Source: a phage. From it: DNA of 64,000 bases. Position 1 is the first letter of the stretch. Each line of letters starts with the position of its first letter. The notes beneath the pieces were generated by a model. The model worked only from the letters and a program-made list of their open reading frames with translations. It did not search any database and was not told where the DNA came from. This document shows, one piece after another, positions 11,765 through 22,533 of this stretch. A program made the position numbers and the translations under genes. Location of the stretch: the sequence record PZ019086.1; one strand, 5' to 3'.

Positions 11765-12934
11765 TTAAAAATATTTTTTAAAACTCATCATAACTTTATC
11801 ATCAACATCATTATCAATCTGTGCTACAAGGTAAGATGACAGTTCTACTTCTTGTGGCGCGGATTGAACATTATCAGAATTAAGATATTCACGAATCCAA
11901 GGATACGGATGTTTAACCGGAGCATCAGTAATTGGGCATGGAAGACCGCACTGTTTCATACGAGATACAGTTAAGTAATCAATAAAGCTCCACATGCTAT
12001 TTGTATTTAATCCAGGAACATCGCCATCTTTAAATAAATGAACTGCCCAGTCTTTTTCTTGACGGTTAACTTCCATGAAAATATCAACTGCTTCTTGTTC
12101 ACACTCTTGGGCGATTTTAACCCATTCATCACCATCAGTGCCAAGTTGAAGTTGACGAATAATATATTGGGTGCCTTTAAGGTGAAGCTGCTCATCACGT
12201 GCAATAAACTTCATAATCTTGGCATTACCTTCCATGATTTCCATGTTCTTATGGAAGTTAAAGGTACATGCGAAAGATACATAAAAACGAATAGCTTCCA
12301 ATGCGTTGATTACATGCAAGCAGAGGTAAAGAGATTTCATTAGCGCTCGTTTAGTACATTCAACAACTTTGCCTAGCTCTTCTTTACGAAATCCTTCTGA
12401 TAAAATTCCTTCATAATCTTCAACCGCATTCTGGTATTCACGAGTCTTAACTAGAACATCATCGTAATAGCGACCAATGGACTCGGCACGTTTCATAATA
12501 GCTTTATCTAATACAATCTCATCAAACACCTTTGACGGATCAGTATAAAGATTTCGCATGATATGAGTATATGAACGACTGTGAATAGTTTCACTAAAAG
12601 TCCATGTAGCAACCCATGTATCAAGGCTTGGGTCTGAAATTAATGACATAAGTACAGCAGACGGTGCACGACCCTGAATGCTATCCAAAAGTGATTGATA
12701 CTTCAGGTTATTAGTAAAAATATCTTGCTGATATTGAGGAAGCTTGTTAAATTGTGCAGCATCCATCATTAAGTTTACTTCTTCAGGACGCCAGAAAAAT
12801 GACAACTGCTTTTCGGTTAAATCTTCAAAAACTTTATGACGTTGAATATCATAACGCGCAATACCAAGACCTGAACCGAAGAACATAGGTTCTTTTAAAA
12901 CATCAACTGGATTTGTATTAAAAACTGTAGACAT
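11765..12934 (-). CDS. nrdB: ribonucleotide reductase small subunit, uninterrupted
   Basis: 389 aa from MSTVFNTNPVD...; di-iron RNR R2 motifs; continuous ORF (no intron). Confidence 0.9.
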   Translation of the reverse strand: MSTVFNTNPVDVLKEPMFFGSGLGIARYDIQRHKVFEDLTEKQLSFFWRPEEVNLMMDAAQFNKLPQYQQDIFTNNLKYQSLLDSIQGRAPSAVLMSLISDPSLDTWVATWTFSETIHSRSYTHIMRNLYTDPSKVFDEIVLDKAIMKRAESIGRYYDDVLVKTREYQNAVEDYEGILSEGFRKEELGKVVECTKRALMKSLYLCLHVINALEAIRFYVSFACTFNFHKNMEIMEGNAKIMKFIARDEQLHLKGTQYIIRQLQLGTDGDEWVKIAQECEQEAVDIFMEVNRQEKDWAVHLFKDGDVPGLNTNSMWSFIDYLTVSRMKQCGLPCPITDAPVKHPYPWIREYLNSDNVQSAPQEVELSSYLVAQIDNDVDDKVMMSFKKYF

Positions 12935-13665
12935 CAATTTTTCCTCTTTAAAATTCTGCCGTGTTTCCAACCTGGCGGTATAATATCATCTTTACCTATA
13001 AGCGTGCATTCACTTCCATTATTAATCCATTTCTTACCGCGGATTCCTTTATAATCTCTTGGTTTTATTTTGTCAAACTTTGCATCAAGTTGATATGACC
13101 ATCTAAATCCATAAGCATATTGAAATTTACCCTCGGCACAATATTTGATATTTGACCCGTTTCCATTAACTGACCGGGACGCTGCTGCAATAGAGTGAAA
13201 AGTTTCTATGAAATCCCCATCTAATGAGAATTTATGTATTTCTACAGATGGGCACGCATATCTATTCACGTTAGATACATGTTGTTTAGTTTCGTTTTTA
13301 TGATGCTTACCTAGCATTCCTTTAGGATGAGGATTATTTTTCCAATATTTCTTAAAGAACTCAGAATTAGCTTTAGCAAATAATTTTCTGTGTAAGCTGT
13401 ACAATCTATTATTAATTCTATTGCCAGCTTTATCTGTTGCCATTAGCGTTAATGCAGAGGCAAGTCCAAAATGGCCTTCATTTATCTTACACAGTAATAG
13501 ATGTGCTATAAAATGTTCTCTAGCTGTTAATTCAACTAAATTTTCTTTATCATCAGAACCTCCCATGCATCTAGGGATTATATGATGTGTCTCTTTATAT
13601 TCTGATAAAGATTCCCGAGCCTGAGCTCGGGAAATTAGGTCGTTATAGATTTTTTGATAATTCAT
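12934..13665 (-). CDS. mobE: free-standing HNH homing endonuclease (MobE-like)
   Basis: H-H-I-I-P-R-C-M-G-G-S-D-D-K-E-N-L-V-E-L-T-A-R-E-H HNH motif, basic C-terminal DNA-binding region; between nrdA and nrdB as in T4. Confidence 0.7.
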   Translation of the reverse strand: MNYQKIYNDLISRAQARESLSEYKETHHIIPRCMGGSDDKENLVELTAREHFIAHLLLCKINEGHFGLASALTLMATDKAGNRINNRLYSLHRKLFAKANSEFFKKYWKNNPHPKGMLGKHHKNETKQHVSNVNRYACPSVEIHKFSLDGDFIETFHSIAAASRSVNGNGSNIKYCAEGKFQYAYGFRWSYQLDAKFDKIKPRDYKGIRGKKWINNGSECTLIGKDDIIPPGWKHGRILKRKN

Positions 13666-15929
13666 TATAATTTACACGCTGCGCAATCATCGGCTTTTGG
13701 AGCTTCTATTTCATAATCATCAGTACCAGAACCATCGCGGGTATTATGATAATAGAAATTTTTAATGCCATAATACCATCCGTATAGCATGTCATCAATC
13801 ATTATTGACATTGGAACCTTTCCTTTTGGAAAAATCTGTGGGTCATAATATGTATTCGCTGAAGCTGATTGACATACCCATTTCAGCATAATAGCTACTT
13901 GCGTAAGATAAGGTTTATTACCTTTCTTAGCTAATTTCCATGTATAATCATAGAGGTCTATGTTATGTTCAATATTGGGCACGACTTGATTAAAGGAACC
14001 CTCTTTTGATTCTTTAACAGAGACTGGTCCACGTGGAGGCTCGATACCGTTTGTACTGTTAGAAACTTGGGAAGATGACTCACATGGCATAAGTGCTGAT
14101 AATGTGCTATTACGGATGCCAAAGAGCTTAAGGTCTTCCCGCAGCGACGACCAGTCACAAACGTATTTTGGAGCTGCGATTTGGTCAATCTTTTTATTGT
14201 ACCAGTCGATAGGTAATTCGCCTCGAGACCAACGAGTGTCTGAATAATATTCGCAAGGTCCTTTTTCTTTGGCGAGCTTAATTGATGCTTTAATGAGTCC
14301 ATACTGCAATCTCTCAAATAGTTCATGTGTTAAATCGTTAGCATCTTCGTAAGAAGCAAAATTACTTGCTAGCCAAGCTGCATAGTTAGTAACACCTACG
14401 CCAAGGTTTCGACGTTTTTTAGCTTTTTCTGCTTCAGGAACTGGATATCCTTGGTAATCCAAAAGATTATCAAGAGCACGAACTTGGACTTCTGCCAATT
14501 CATTAATTTTATCTTGGTCTTGCCAATCAAAGTTATCTAACACAAATGCAGATAACGTACACAATCCAATTTCAGCATCAGGACTATTCACATCATTTGT
14601 TGGAATAGCAATTTCACAACACAAGTTACTCTGACGAATAGGTGCCTTTTCACGAATAAATGGCGTATAGTTATTCGTATTATCAATGAACTGTACATAA
14701 ATCCTTGCTGTTCCTGAGCGTTCAGTCATGAGCAATTCAAACAGTTCACGGGCTTTAATGCGCTTTTTACGAATATTAGGGTCTTTTTCTGCGGCTTCGT
14801 ATAATTCACGGAAACGGTCTTGGTCTTTAAAATAAGAATAATAAAGTTCGCCACCCATTTCATGTGGACTGAACAAAGTGATGTAATCATTCTTTCCGAA
14901 TCGTTCCATCATTAGGTCATTCAGTTGAACGCCATAATCCATATGACGGATACGGTTTTCTTCTACACCTTTGTTATTTTTCAAAACGAGAAGATTTTCA
15001 ACTTCCAAATGCCAAATAGGATAATAAGCAGTAGCAGCGCCGCCACGAATTCCACCCTGTGAACATGATTTAACAGCAGTTTGAAAATGTTTCCAAAAAG
15101 GAATAACACCAGTATGACGTACTTCACCTGTGCCAATCTTAGAACCTTCGGCACGAATCATACCAACGTTAATACCAATTCCAGCACGTTTGGAGATATA
15201 TTCAACAATTGAAGCGGAAGCCTTATTGATAGACTTTAATGAATCACCCGCCTCAATAACAACGCATGAACTAAACTGTCGAGTTGGAGTACGGCAACCA
15301 GCCATAATAGGAGTTGGCAATGAAATCTGTCGAGTAGATACTGCTTCATAAAAACGAATAACGTGTTTTAATCTATCAACAGGTTCATCTTGATGTAATG
15401 CCATTCCAATAGTCATAAATGCAAACTGCGGAGTTTCATAAATTTGACCAGTGGTTTTATCTTTAACTAGATATTTTTCTTTTAATTGCATCGCCCCGGA
15501 ATAAGTAAATTCCATATCCCGCTCATGCTTAATTTTTGATTCTAAAAATGTAATTTCTTCAGCAGAATATTTTGACAACAATTCAGGGTCATATTTACCT
15601 TCATTTACACAGTAAGAAATATGGTCAATAAATGAACGTGGTTCATATTGCCCGTAAACATGCTTACGAAGAGCAAACATTAAACACCGTGCAGCTACAT
15701 ATTGATAATCAGGCTCTTCAACTGAAATAGAATTCGCAGCAGCCTTAATGACAATAGTCTGAATGTCATCAGTTGTCATTCCATCACGGAGATATGATTT
15801 AATATTTTCATATAATTCATAAGGATCTACAGATGTTCCTTCAGCTGCCCAGGATAAAACTTTAATAATTTTTTGCGGGTCAAAGCTCTGAGAAACACCA
15901 CTACTTTTGATAACATTAATTAATTGCAT
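13665..15929 (-). CDS. nrdA: ribonucleotide reductase large subunit
   Basis: 754 aa; class Ia RNR alpha sequence. Confidence 0.95.
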   Translation of the reverse strand: MQLINVIKSSGVSQSFDPQKIIKVLSWAAEGTSVDPYELYENIKSYLRDGMTTDDIQTIVIKAAANSISVEEPDYQYVAARCLMFALRKHVYGQYEPRSFIDHISYCVNEGKYDPELLSKYSAEEITFLESKIKHERDMEFTYSGAMQLKEKYLVKDKTTGQIYETPQFAFMTIGMALHQDEPVDRLKHVIRFYEAVSTRQISLPTPIMAGCRTPTRQFSSCVVIEAGDSLKSINKASASIVEYISKRAGIGINVGMIRAEGSKIGTGEVRHTGVIPFWKHFQTAVKSCSQGGIRGGAATAYYPIWHLEVENLLVLKNNKGVEENRIRHMDYGVQLNDLMMERFGKNDYITLFSPHEMGGELYYSYFKDQDRFRELYEAAEKDPNIRKKRIKARELFELLMTERSGTARIYVQFIDNTNNYTPFIREKAPIRQSNLCCEIAIPTNDVNSPDAEIGLCTLSAFVLDNFDWQDQDKINELAEVQVRALDNLLDYQGYPVPEAEKAKKRRNLGVGVTNYAAWLASNFASYEDANDLTHELFERLQYGLIKASIKLAKEKGPCEYYSDTRWSRGELPIDWYNKKIDQIAAPKYVCDWSSLREDLKLFGIRNSTLSALMPCESSSQVSNSTNGIEPPRGPVSVKESKEGSFNQVVPNIEHNIDLYDYTWKLAKKGNKPYLTQVAIMLKWVCQSASANTYYDPQIFPKGKVPMSIMIDDMLYGWYYGIKNFYYHNTRDGSGTDDYEIEAPKADDCAACKL

Positions 15930-16246
15930 AAGTCCTCAACTTGAAAATCGTCTTTAAACAATCGGTTAACTATATGAGCTATTATATCACCATGACACGG
16001 CTTTGGTTTACATGTGCATCCTAGCCTCATTCCACGTAAAGGCTCTAAATGTGCTTTAGTTATTTCTCCGGATTTAATTCGACGTATAAAATCTTTTTTG
16101 AATAATTCAATGGCAGCCTCCCGGCTGCCAGCATCTTTACCGACGTAATTTCCCCAAAATGTACCACGGTGAATATTAACATCAAAGTCGGATTTATATT
16201 TATTCACTACCTGGCATAGACGGCCCGCGCGGTAATAATTCGTCAT
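15920..16246 (-). CDS. DUF4326-like protein
   Basis: C-terminal [13 protein letters not shown] signature I associate with DUF4326; 108 aa. Confidence 0.5.
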   Translation of the reverse strand: MTNYYRAGRLCQVVNKYKSDFDVNIHRGTFWGNYVGKDAGSREAAIELFKKDFIRRIKSGEITKAHLEPLRGMRLGCTCKPKPCHGDIIAHIVNRLFKDDFQVEDLCN

Positions 16247-16475
16247 ATTGTTGTTCCGTTAAAACAGTAATATCATAATAACAATCAGAAGAAGTTTTAA
16301 CTGTGGAAATTTTATTATCAAAATACTCACGAGTCATTTTATGAGTATAATACTTTTTACCATAAATGATAATAGGTTGTTCTGGTCCTGGAACTTCTAA
16401 CTCGCTTGGATTAGGAAGTGTAAAAAGAACGACACCAGAAGTATCCTTAAATCGTAAAATCATATATCCTCTCAA
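16200..16475 (-). CDS. hypothetical early protein
   Basis: 91-codon ORF overlapping neighbour by 47 nt in another frame. Confidence 0.4.
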   Translation of the reverse strand: MRGYMILRFKDTSGVVLFTLPNPSELEVPGPEQPIIIYGKKYYTHKMTREYFDNKISTVKTSSDCYYDITVLTEQQYDELLPRGPSMPGSE

Positions 16476-16486
16476 TTAAATTAAAA

Positions 16487-17347
16487 TTACACCGCCATCT
16501 TTCCTTTAATTGGCGGGTGAGATACATAGTTGTTAAGAACAAAATTATGCGGCTTTGCGAATTGACTCAACCAAAATACCTGCGATTCTGTGTCCCATTC
16601 ATCAAATTCATCTGGAAATTTTAATTGTAATTCGCATAAATCCATAGGTTCACGACGCAAAATTTCTTTACATTGTTCTACGTGATTCATATAGATATGA
16701 GTATTACCACCAGAAAATATCAAATCTCCAGGAATAAGATTACACATCTTAGCTACAATATGAACTAACGCAGCATATGATGCAATGTTGAATGGCAAGC
16801 CCAAGAACACGTCAACACTTCTTTGATACCACTGCAAATCCAAATAGCCATTACGCACATTAAACTGATAGAACATATGACAAGGCGGTAATGCCATATA
16901 TTTAAGTTCAGCTGGATTCCATGCAGAAACAATTTGTCGCCTATCATTTGGTAGTTTTTTAATACGATCAATAACTTCTACAATTTGGTCTACACCACCA
17001 AAATCACGCCACTGTTTTCCATAAATTGGACCAAGTTCACCACTATGATATCCTAAATCTTTTGCTTGATTTTCGTAATTTTCATCCCAGACTGTTTTGC
17101 CTTGAATTAATGAATCATGTTGAATTAATCGTAAATCATTTACATTTGTGCTTCCCGATAAAAACCATATTAGCTCAGCAATGCAAGCTTTCCAGGCGAG
17201 CTTCTTAGTCGTTACTGCAGGAAAACCTTTAGTTAAATCCCAGCGTAATTTAGTACCGAACAAAGCAATTGTTCCTATGCCTGTTCGGTCATCGGTTTCA
17301 TAGCCATTTTCAAAAATGTCTTTAATTAAATCTTGGTATTGTTTCAT
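16487..17347 (-). CDS. td: thymidylate synthase, uninterrupted
   Basis: 286 aa continuous ORF with full ThyA sequence (…ALPPCHMFYQF…); no intron. Confidence 0.95.
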   Translation of the reverse strand: MKQYQDLIKDIFENGYETDDRTGIGTIALFGTKLRWDLTKGFPAVTTKKLAWKACIAELIWFLSGSTNVNDLRLIQHDSLIQGKTVWDENYENQAKDLGYHSGELGPIYGKQWRDFGGVDQIVEVIDRIKKLPNDRRQIVSAWNPAELKYMALPPCHMFYQFNVRNGYLDLQWYQRSVDVFLGLPFNIASYAALVHIVAKMCNLIPGDLIFSGGNTHIYMNHVEQCKEILRREPMDLCELQLKFPDEFDEWDTESQVFWLSQFAKPHNFVLNNYVSHPPIKGKMAV

Positions 17348-17392
17348 TTAGTACCTTATATAAATTATAATACATTTTATGAAGCTAAATAA

Positions 17393-17752
17393 TCAATACG
17401 GTTTAGCATCAAATTTTCTTTCAATTTCAGGCGTGAAATATAATTCTTTACCACGTTTGGAAAAGCGACCAATAATATGATAATTATTCTCATCAAACGT
17501 GATATTGCCAATATCCATAGCTTTCAACCAAATATCAATATTTCTGTCAAGCTTTATATCAAAATTCCAATACGGAGAACTATTACCGAAAATACTGCAA
17601 GCGGATTCAGTGAAACAACTGCTATAAATCTTGTCTTTAGGAACTACTAATTGATAGACGCCTTTAATAAACTGAGGACCCTGCCATTTTGGCTGTTTCG
17701 CGTCTTTTTCTAATAGAATAGGATAATAATTAAAGTTCATATTTTCCGCCAT
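17393..17752 (-). CDS. hypothetical protein inserted between frd and td
   Basis: 119-codon ORF filling the frd-td interval. Confidence 0.45.
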   Translation of the reverse strand: MAENMNFNYYPILLEKDAKQPKWQGPQFIKGVYQLVVPKDKIYSSCFTESACSIFGNSSPYWNFDIKLDRNIDIWLKAMDIGNITFDENNYHIIGRFSKRGKELYFTPEIERKFDAKPY

Positions 17753-17760
17753 GCGTTATT

Positions 17761-18587
<827 letters not shown>

Positions 18588-18597
18588 ATTATTTTCC

Positions 18598-18840
18598 TTA
18601 AACAGACTTTTTCACAATTTTCCAATCAGCTTTAAACTGTTCAACATCAGAATGGTAAATCCAAAACCCTGCGCTTTCTCCATCCTCATAAAGAGGACAT
18701 CTATCGCATTCATCTTCCCATCCCATATCACGCAAAAGACGTTCAGCTTTTTCAACAAGTTCAGAATCTTTACCGATGATATTAAAATACCATTTACCTC
18801 TAACTTCTGAATCTTTAATGCTCTGGCGTTGTAATCTCAT
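18598..18840 (-). CDS. hypothetical early protein
   Basis: 80-codon ORF with GGAG Shine-Dalgarno and promoter upstream. Confidence 0.4.
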   Translation of the reverse strand: MRLQRQSIKDSEVRGKWYFNIIGKDSELVEKAERLLRDMGWEDECDRCPLYEDGESAGFWIYHSDVEQFKADWKIVKKSV

Positions 18841-18894
18841 TTTATTCTCCTTAGTTGATAGGGTAATAGTATCACACTACTACCCTTCTGTAAA

Positions 18895-19275
18895 CTACTT
18901 TTTGAAAGTTTTTCGCAAAAGTTCAATGATTTCATCTACATTGTTTTCGTCTACAATGCAGTGAATTTTTGTTACGCCAGAAACCTTGTCTTTAGCTTCA
19001 TCTTCTTCAGAAGTCGGTTCTTTATACTCACGAAAACAATGAAATTCGTCTTCACAAATTTCTAAAAGTCTATCTTTGAGGTAAAAATGCTTTCCATTAG
19101 CGCATTCAATGTGTTTTACCGCTTTAAATCCATTAGCAAAGAAAGCTTCTTTAACTTCAAACCATCCGCCATTTTCTTGAATAATTTTAACTATTGACGC
19201 GTTAGATCGTGGGCTATAATTAATAAATGTATCAATAAGTCTTGGAACAAGCTCATACTTTTTGCCAATATACAT
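18895..19275 (-). CDS. hypothetical early protein
   Basis: 126-codon ORF. Confidence 0.45.
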   Translation of the reverse strand: MYIGKKYELVPRLIDTFINYSPRSNASIVKIIQENGGWFEVKEAFFANGFKAVKHIECANGKHFYLKDRLLEICEDEFHCFREYKEPTSEEDEAKDKVSGVTKIHCIVDENNVDEIIELLRKTFKK

Positions 19276-19319
19276 TACGTTTTCCTCATTTTGATAGGGG
19301 CTTGATAGCCCCTTGATAA

Positions 19320-19547
19320 TTACTGCTCAATAAATCCTGTGTAAAATTCTACATCTTCATCATCCATACCGTCACAGTATTCATTAACCATAAACTGTTT
19401 AAGACGATTTAAAGGACCTTCAATAACAACTGAAACATTGCAATTAGGATCATTTAGTGCGCTTATGATATTAAGTTCAGGATAACGATTACGAATAATT
19501 TCTTCAAAATATTCAAAATCAATAACATCAATATCAACTTTAGCCAT
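19320..19547 (-). CDS. hypothetical early protein
   Basis: track ORF trimmed to [14 protein letters not shown]... because the longer version runs through a promoter and terminator. Confidence 0.4.
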   Translation of the reverse strand: MAKVDIDVIDFEYFEEIIRNRYPELNIISALNDPNCNVSVVIEGPLNRLKQFMVNEYCDGMDDEDVEFYTGFIEQ

Positions 19548-19590
19548 ATTGTTTTCCTCTTTAATCATCAGCAGTATTGCCGATAGTTGT

Positions 19591-19620
19591 ATAGTACCAT
19601 AGTCCTTGTGGCATGTAAAC
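19591..19620 (-). promoter_or_regulatory. early promoter (member of a repeated ~60-bp promoter module)
   Basis: GTTTAC -35 (plus gtaaac 19615-19620), 18-nt spacer, TACTAT -10; AT-rich UP region. Confidence 0.5.
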
Positions 19621-19624
19621 CGTT

Positions 19625-19671
19625 TTGTGAAAAAATTTTTGAAATAAAAAAAGGGGACCTCTAGGGTCCCC
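19625..19671 (-). terminator. rho-independent terminator downstream of gene 32
   Basis: stem GGGGACC/GGTCCCC (19653-19671) followed on the minus strand by a U-rich tract. Confidence 0.6.
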
Positions 19672-19693
19672 AATTAATTAGTAATATAATCTA

Positions 19694-20602
19694 TTAAAGG
19701 TCATTCAAAAGGTCATCCAGGTCCGTGTCATCAGCACTAGATGAACTGCCAGAGCTTGAGCTCATAAAATCATCTTCAGTTTTTGTTTTGAAGTCATCAA
19801 CATTAAATGCATCCAAATCATCAGCAACTTTATCAGCTTTCTTAGCGGCAGTTGCTGCGGCACCACCCATAGCAGCAGTTCCCATAACTTGACTGAACTT
19901 AGTGCTCAGTTCTTCAAACGATTTGAATTTATCTTTAGAAGTCATTTCAGAAAGGTCAACCATTTGTTCGAACAATTCTTTCTGGAAAGATTCATCATCA
20001 ATGTTTGGAATCGCAGATTGATTCAGGAATTTAGATTCGTCGTAGTTACTAAAACCAGAAACTTGTTTAACTTTCAGTACAAAGTTAGCACCTTCCCACG
20101 GACAAGTTACATCAACCGGAGTTTCACCCATTTCAACATCAACTGCAATCATTGCATTGATTTTATCCCAGATTTTCTTACCGAAACGATATTTAAATAC
20201 TTTACCTTCATTTTCTGGAGCAGCTGGGTCTTTTACAACAAGAATGTTAGCCCAGTAAGAAGTTTTACGTTTAACAAGACCGTACTCTTTATTGTCAGTG
20301 TTGTACAAATCATTTTTACTGATGTACTGACATACTGGACAAGAATCGTAATCACCGTAGGTAGATGAGCATGTTTCGATATACCATTTACCATTTTTCT
20401 TGAAACCGTGATTTACAAGAAGTGCAAATGGTGCTTGTTCATCATTTTTAGACGGAAGAAAACGAATTACTGCTTGACCGTTACCCGCATTGTCGAGTTT
20501 CAGTTTCCACTCGCCTTTATCTTCAGAAGAAAAACCACCTTTATTTCCAGCCAGTTTAGCCATTTGTGCAGCGAGTTCAGCAGTAGATTTACGTTTAAAC
20601 AT
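19694..20602 (-). CDS. 32: single-stranded DNA-binding protein gp32
   Basis: 302 aa; matches T4 gp32 including acidic S-rich C-terminus. Confidence 0.95.
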   Translation of the reverse strand: MFKRKSTAELAAQMAKLAGNKGGFSSEDKGEWKLKLDNAGNGQAVIRFLPSKNDEQAPFALLVNHGFKKNGKWYIETCSSTYGDYDSCPVCQYISKNDLYNTDNKEYGLVKRKTSYWANILVVKDPAAPENEGKVFKYRFGKKIWDKINAMIAVDVEMGETPVDVTCPWEGANFVLKVKQVSGFSNYDESKFLNQSAIPNIDDESFQKELFEQMVDLSEMTSKDKFKSFEELSTKFSQVMGTAAMGGAAATAAKKADKVADDLDAFNVDDFKTKTEDDFMSSSSGSSSSADDTDLDDLLNDL

Positions 20603-20662
20603 TTTATTTCCTTTTTGATTTAATTAATTAACAGTTGGTGCTATGACACTTTACCTCATAGC
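20603..20662 (-). promoter_or_regulatory. gene 32 translational operator (AU-rich repeats with upstream structured element)
   Basis: leader reads ...caccaactgTTAATTAATTAAATcaaaaaggaaataaaATG on the minus strand, as in the T4 gp32 autoregulatory site. Confidence 0.55.
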
Positions 20663-21288
20663 TGGCATAATTCGCAATACTCTGGGTCTTCGAGAGGTAT
20701 CCAACCTGAGTTGAAATACTTTACCATCGATTTAGCAGTTGTATCAGTTATATTTATATTACCTTTAACTCTTCGCCATCCAGGAGTTTTACCGTACAGA
20801 TTAGAGGATAATAATAACACATAATTCTCGTAAGCAATATGAGATAATTTCCAAGACTCTATATTAGCTCGTGATGTTTTCCAAGGTCTGAAATCGTCAC
20901 GGTTCATATAATTAGCCAATCTCATATGCTCTCTAACTTCCGGGTCTTTGGCTGGATGAGTTTCACCACTCACACCAAATCCACCACCAGCATATACCAG
21001 ATTGAAATAATCTGGATTATCTCTGGCATTTACTTCAAGTTGGTATTTTCGTTCTGCTTCAATAACATCCAAGTCATCATCAATTTGAATTATTTTAACG
21101 CTCGGTTTTTGAAGCATTACCGCATTCAAAAATCTTTTTTGTTTACATGAACTCCAATATTCCTTTCCGGAAGAGTCATATATTATTCCGTTCTCAAATG
21201 AGCAATTTAATTTACTACCGATATAGTAGTATGGCGGAGTTTTATTTTTGACACGGTCTTCAAATGTAAACCAATATACTATATTCAT
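20656..21288 (-). CDS. GIY-YIG homing endonuclease (Seg-like, segG position)
   Basis: N-terminal I-V-Y-W-F-T-F ... Y-Y-Y-I-G-S-K motifs; 210 aa; inserted between 32 and 59. Confidence 0.55.
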   Translation of the reverse strand: MNIVYWFTFEDRVKNKTPPYYYIGSKLNCSFENGIIYDSSGKEYWSSCKQKRFLNAVMLQKPSVKIIQIDDDLDVIEAERKYQLEVNARDNPDYFNLVYAGGGFGVSGETHPAKDPEVREHMRLANYMNRDDFRPWKTSRANIESWKLSHIAYENYVLLLSSNLYGKTPGWRRVKGNINITDTTAKSMVKYFNSGWIPLEDPEYCELCQL

Positions 21289-21289
21289 A

Positions 21290-21943
21290 TTAATACTTGC
21301 AAGATTTCACAGTTTCAATGAAAACACTTTTAGCTTTCTGTGAATCAATATTTAAAATTTTTCTATAAGCCTTTAACTTTATAGAATAATTATTCCAGAC
21401 TAAATTATCAGTCTGTTCATCATGTTTATCAATTATATTTAAAAACGAATCAAGCAAGATAAACGTCTCAAACGAAATTATATTCGATTGAAGTAGTTTA
21501 AAAATATAACTTGATTGAACTTTTGGATTATATTCAAAAATTTCTTTAAAAGCAGAAACTTCAACTTTTTTACTAAAATAATAAATGTTGCGAATATCTT
21601 CTTCAAACTTAAATTTAATTTGCTTTAAGCGTCCGATATATTCACGATAAAACACAAGTGCATCAGCGTCAGAGATGTCACCAATCCAAGCATCCTGGTT
21701 AGCAACCAGATTGCTTATAAAGATTAAAGCAAGTTCCTTTAATTTATATTTTTCTGATAACTTCTGGAAAAAATACTTATCCCTTCGCTTTTGATAAGCG
21801 GCATCAGACACCCGCATGCACCAATTATACTTAATTACATCATACTTTCCATTCATATGTTGTTTTATCATTAAGTATAATTTATAAACTGATTTACCAT
21901 CAATGTATCTTTCACCACCAGCAGGCATGCGGAGTTTAATCAT
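21290..21943 (-). CDS. 59: gp59 helicase loader
   Basis: 217 aa; matches T4 gp59 (MIKLRMPAGGERYIDGKSVYKLYLMIKQHMNGKYD...). Confidence 0.9.
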   Translation of the reverse strand: MIKLRMPAGGERYIDGKSVYKLYLMIKQHMNGKYDVIKYNWCMRVSDAAYQKRRDKYFFQKLSEKYKLKELALIFISNLVANQDAWIGDISDADALVFYREYIGRLKQIKFKFEEDIRNIYYFSKKVEVSAFKEIFEYNPKVQSSYIFKLLQSNIISFETFILLDSFLNIIDKHDEQTDNLVWNNYSIKLKAYRKILNIDSQKAKSVFIETVKSCKY

Positions 21944-22278
21944 AGTAGAAAATCTAATGTATTAGTTTTTTCACAACGAACAACAGAAGGACGTAAAAGA
22001 TTTTCGTCAATAGCTTCTGACTGAATTTTTTCAATTATACCCGAAGGAATAAATTTAGCAAATTGAGTTTCAGGAATAGAATTTTCTTCCAAGAATGCTG
22101 TTGTAGCTTCAAGATAACTCATTCCAAACTCTTCTACCATTTTTTCAATAATAAATCCATTTTCTTGGCGGTCAAGAAGCTTTGCAATTTCATCCTTTTC
22201 TTTCTTAATTGAAAGTTCTTTTTCTGAAAGACCGGTCTCATCGACCGGACGAATATCATTTAGAGAAAACTGTGTCAT
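21940..22278 (-). CDS. 33: gp33 late transcription co-activator
   Basis: trimmed to MTQFSLNDIRPVDETGLSEKEL...; 112 aa. Confidence 0.85.
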   Translation of the reverse strand: MTQFSLNDIRPVDETGLSEKELSIKKEKDEIAKLLDRQENGFIIEKMVEEFGMSYLEATTAFLEENSIPETQFAKFIPSGIIEKIQSEAIDENLLRPSVVRCEKTNTLDFLL

Positions 22279-22525
22279 AAAGTTCAACTACCTCTTCAGT
22301 TTCAGCTTCAAACACATCACGATTATCTTTATGATACAAAGCTAACAGACGATTAAACATCTTGCCATCAACGCCAAGTTCATCTTTGGCACGAATTCGA
22401 ATATCTTTAATCAATTCATTATAACCAGAAATTTTCAGTTTATGATCAGATGCTTCTTTAATAAATTTAGCCAAGTCTTCGCCATGGATAGCTTCATCAA
22501 ATTCAACCATTTCTTTTTTAGCCAT
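22256..22525 (-). CDS. dsbA: DsbA double-stranded DNA-binding protein
   Basis: 89 aa at T4 dsbA position. Confidence 0.8.
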   Translation of the reverse strand: MAKKEMVEFDEAIHGEDLAKFIKEASDHKLKISGYNELIKDIRIRAKDELGVDGKMFNRLLALYHKDNRDVFEAETEEVVELYDTVFSK

Positions 22526-22533
22526 TATTCACC

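Noticed and set aside
11765-17347. Group I introns in nrdB and td
   Set aside because: Both genes translate as single uninterrupted ORFs of full length, so no intron is present.
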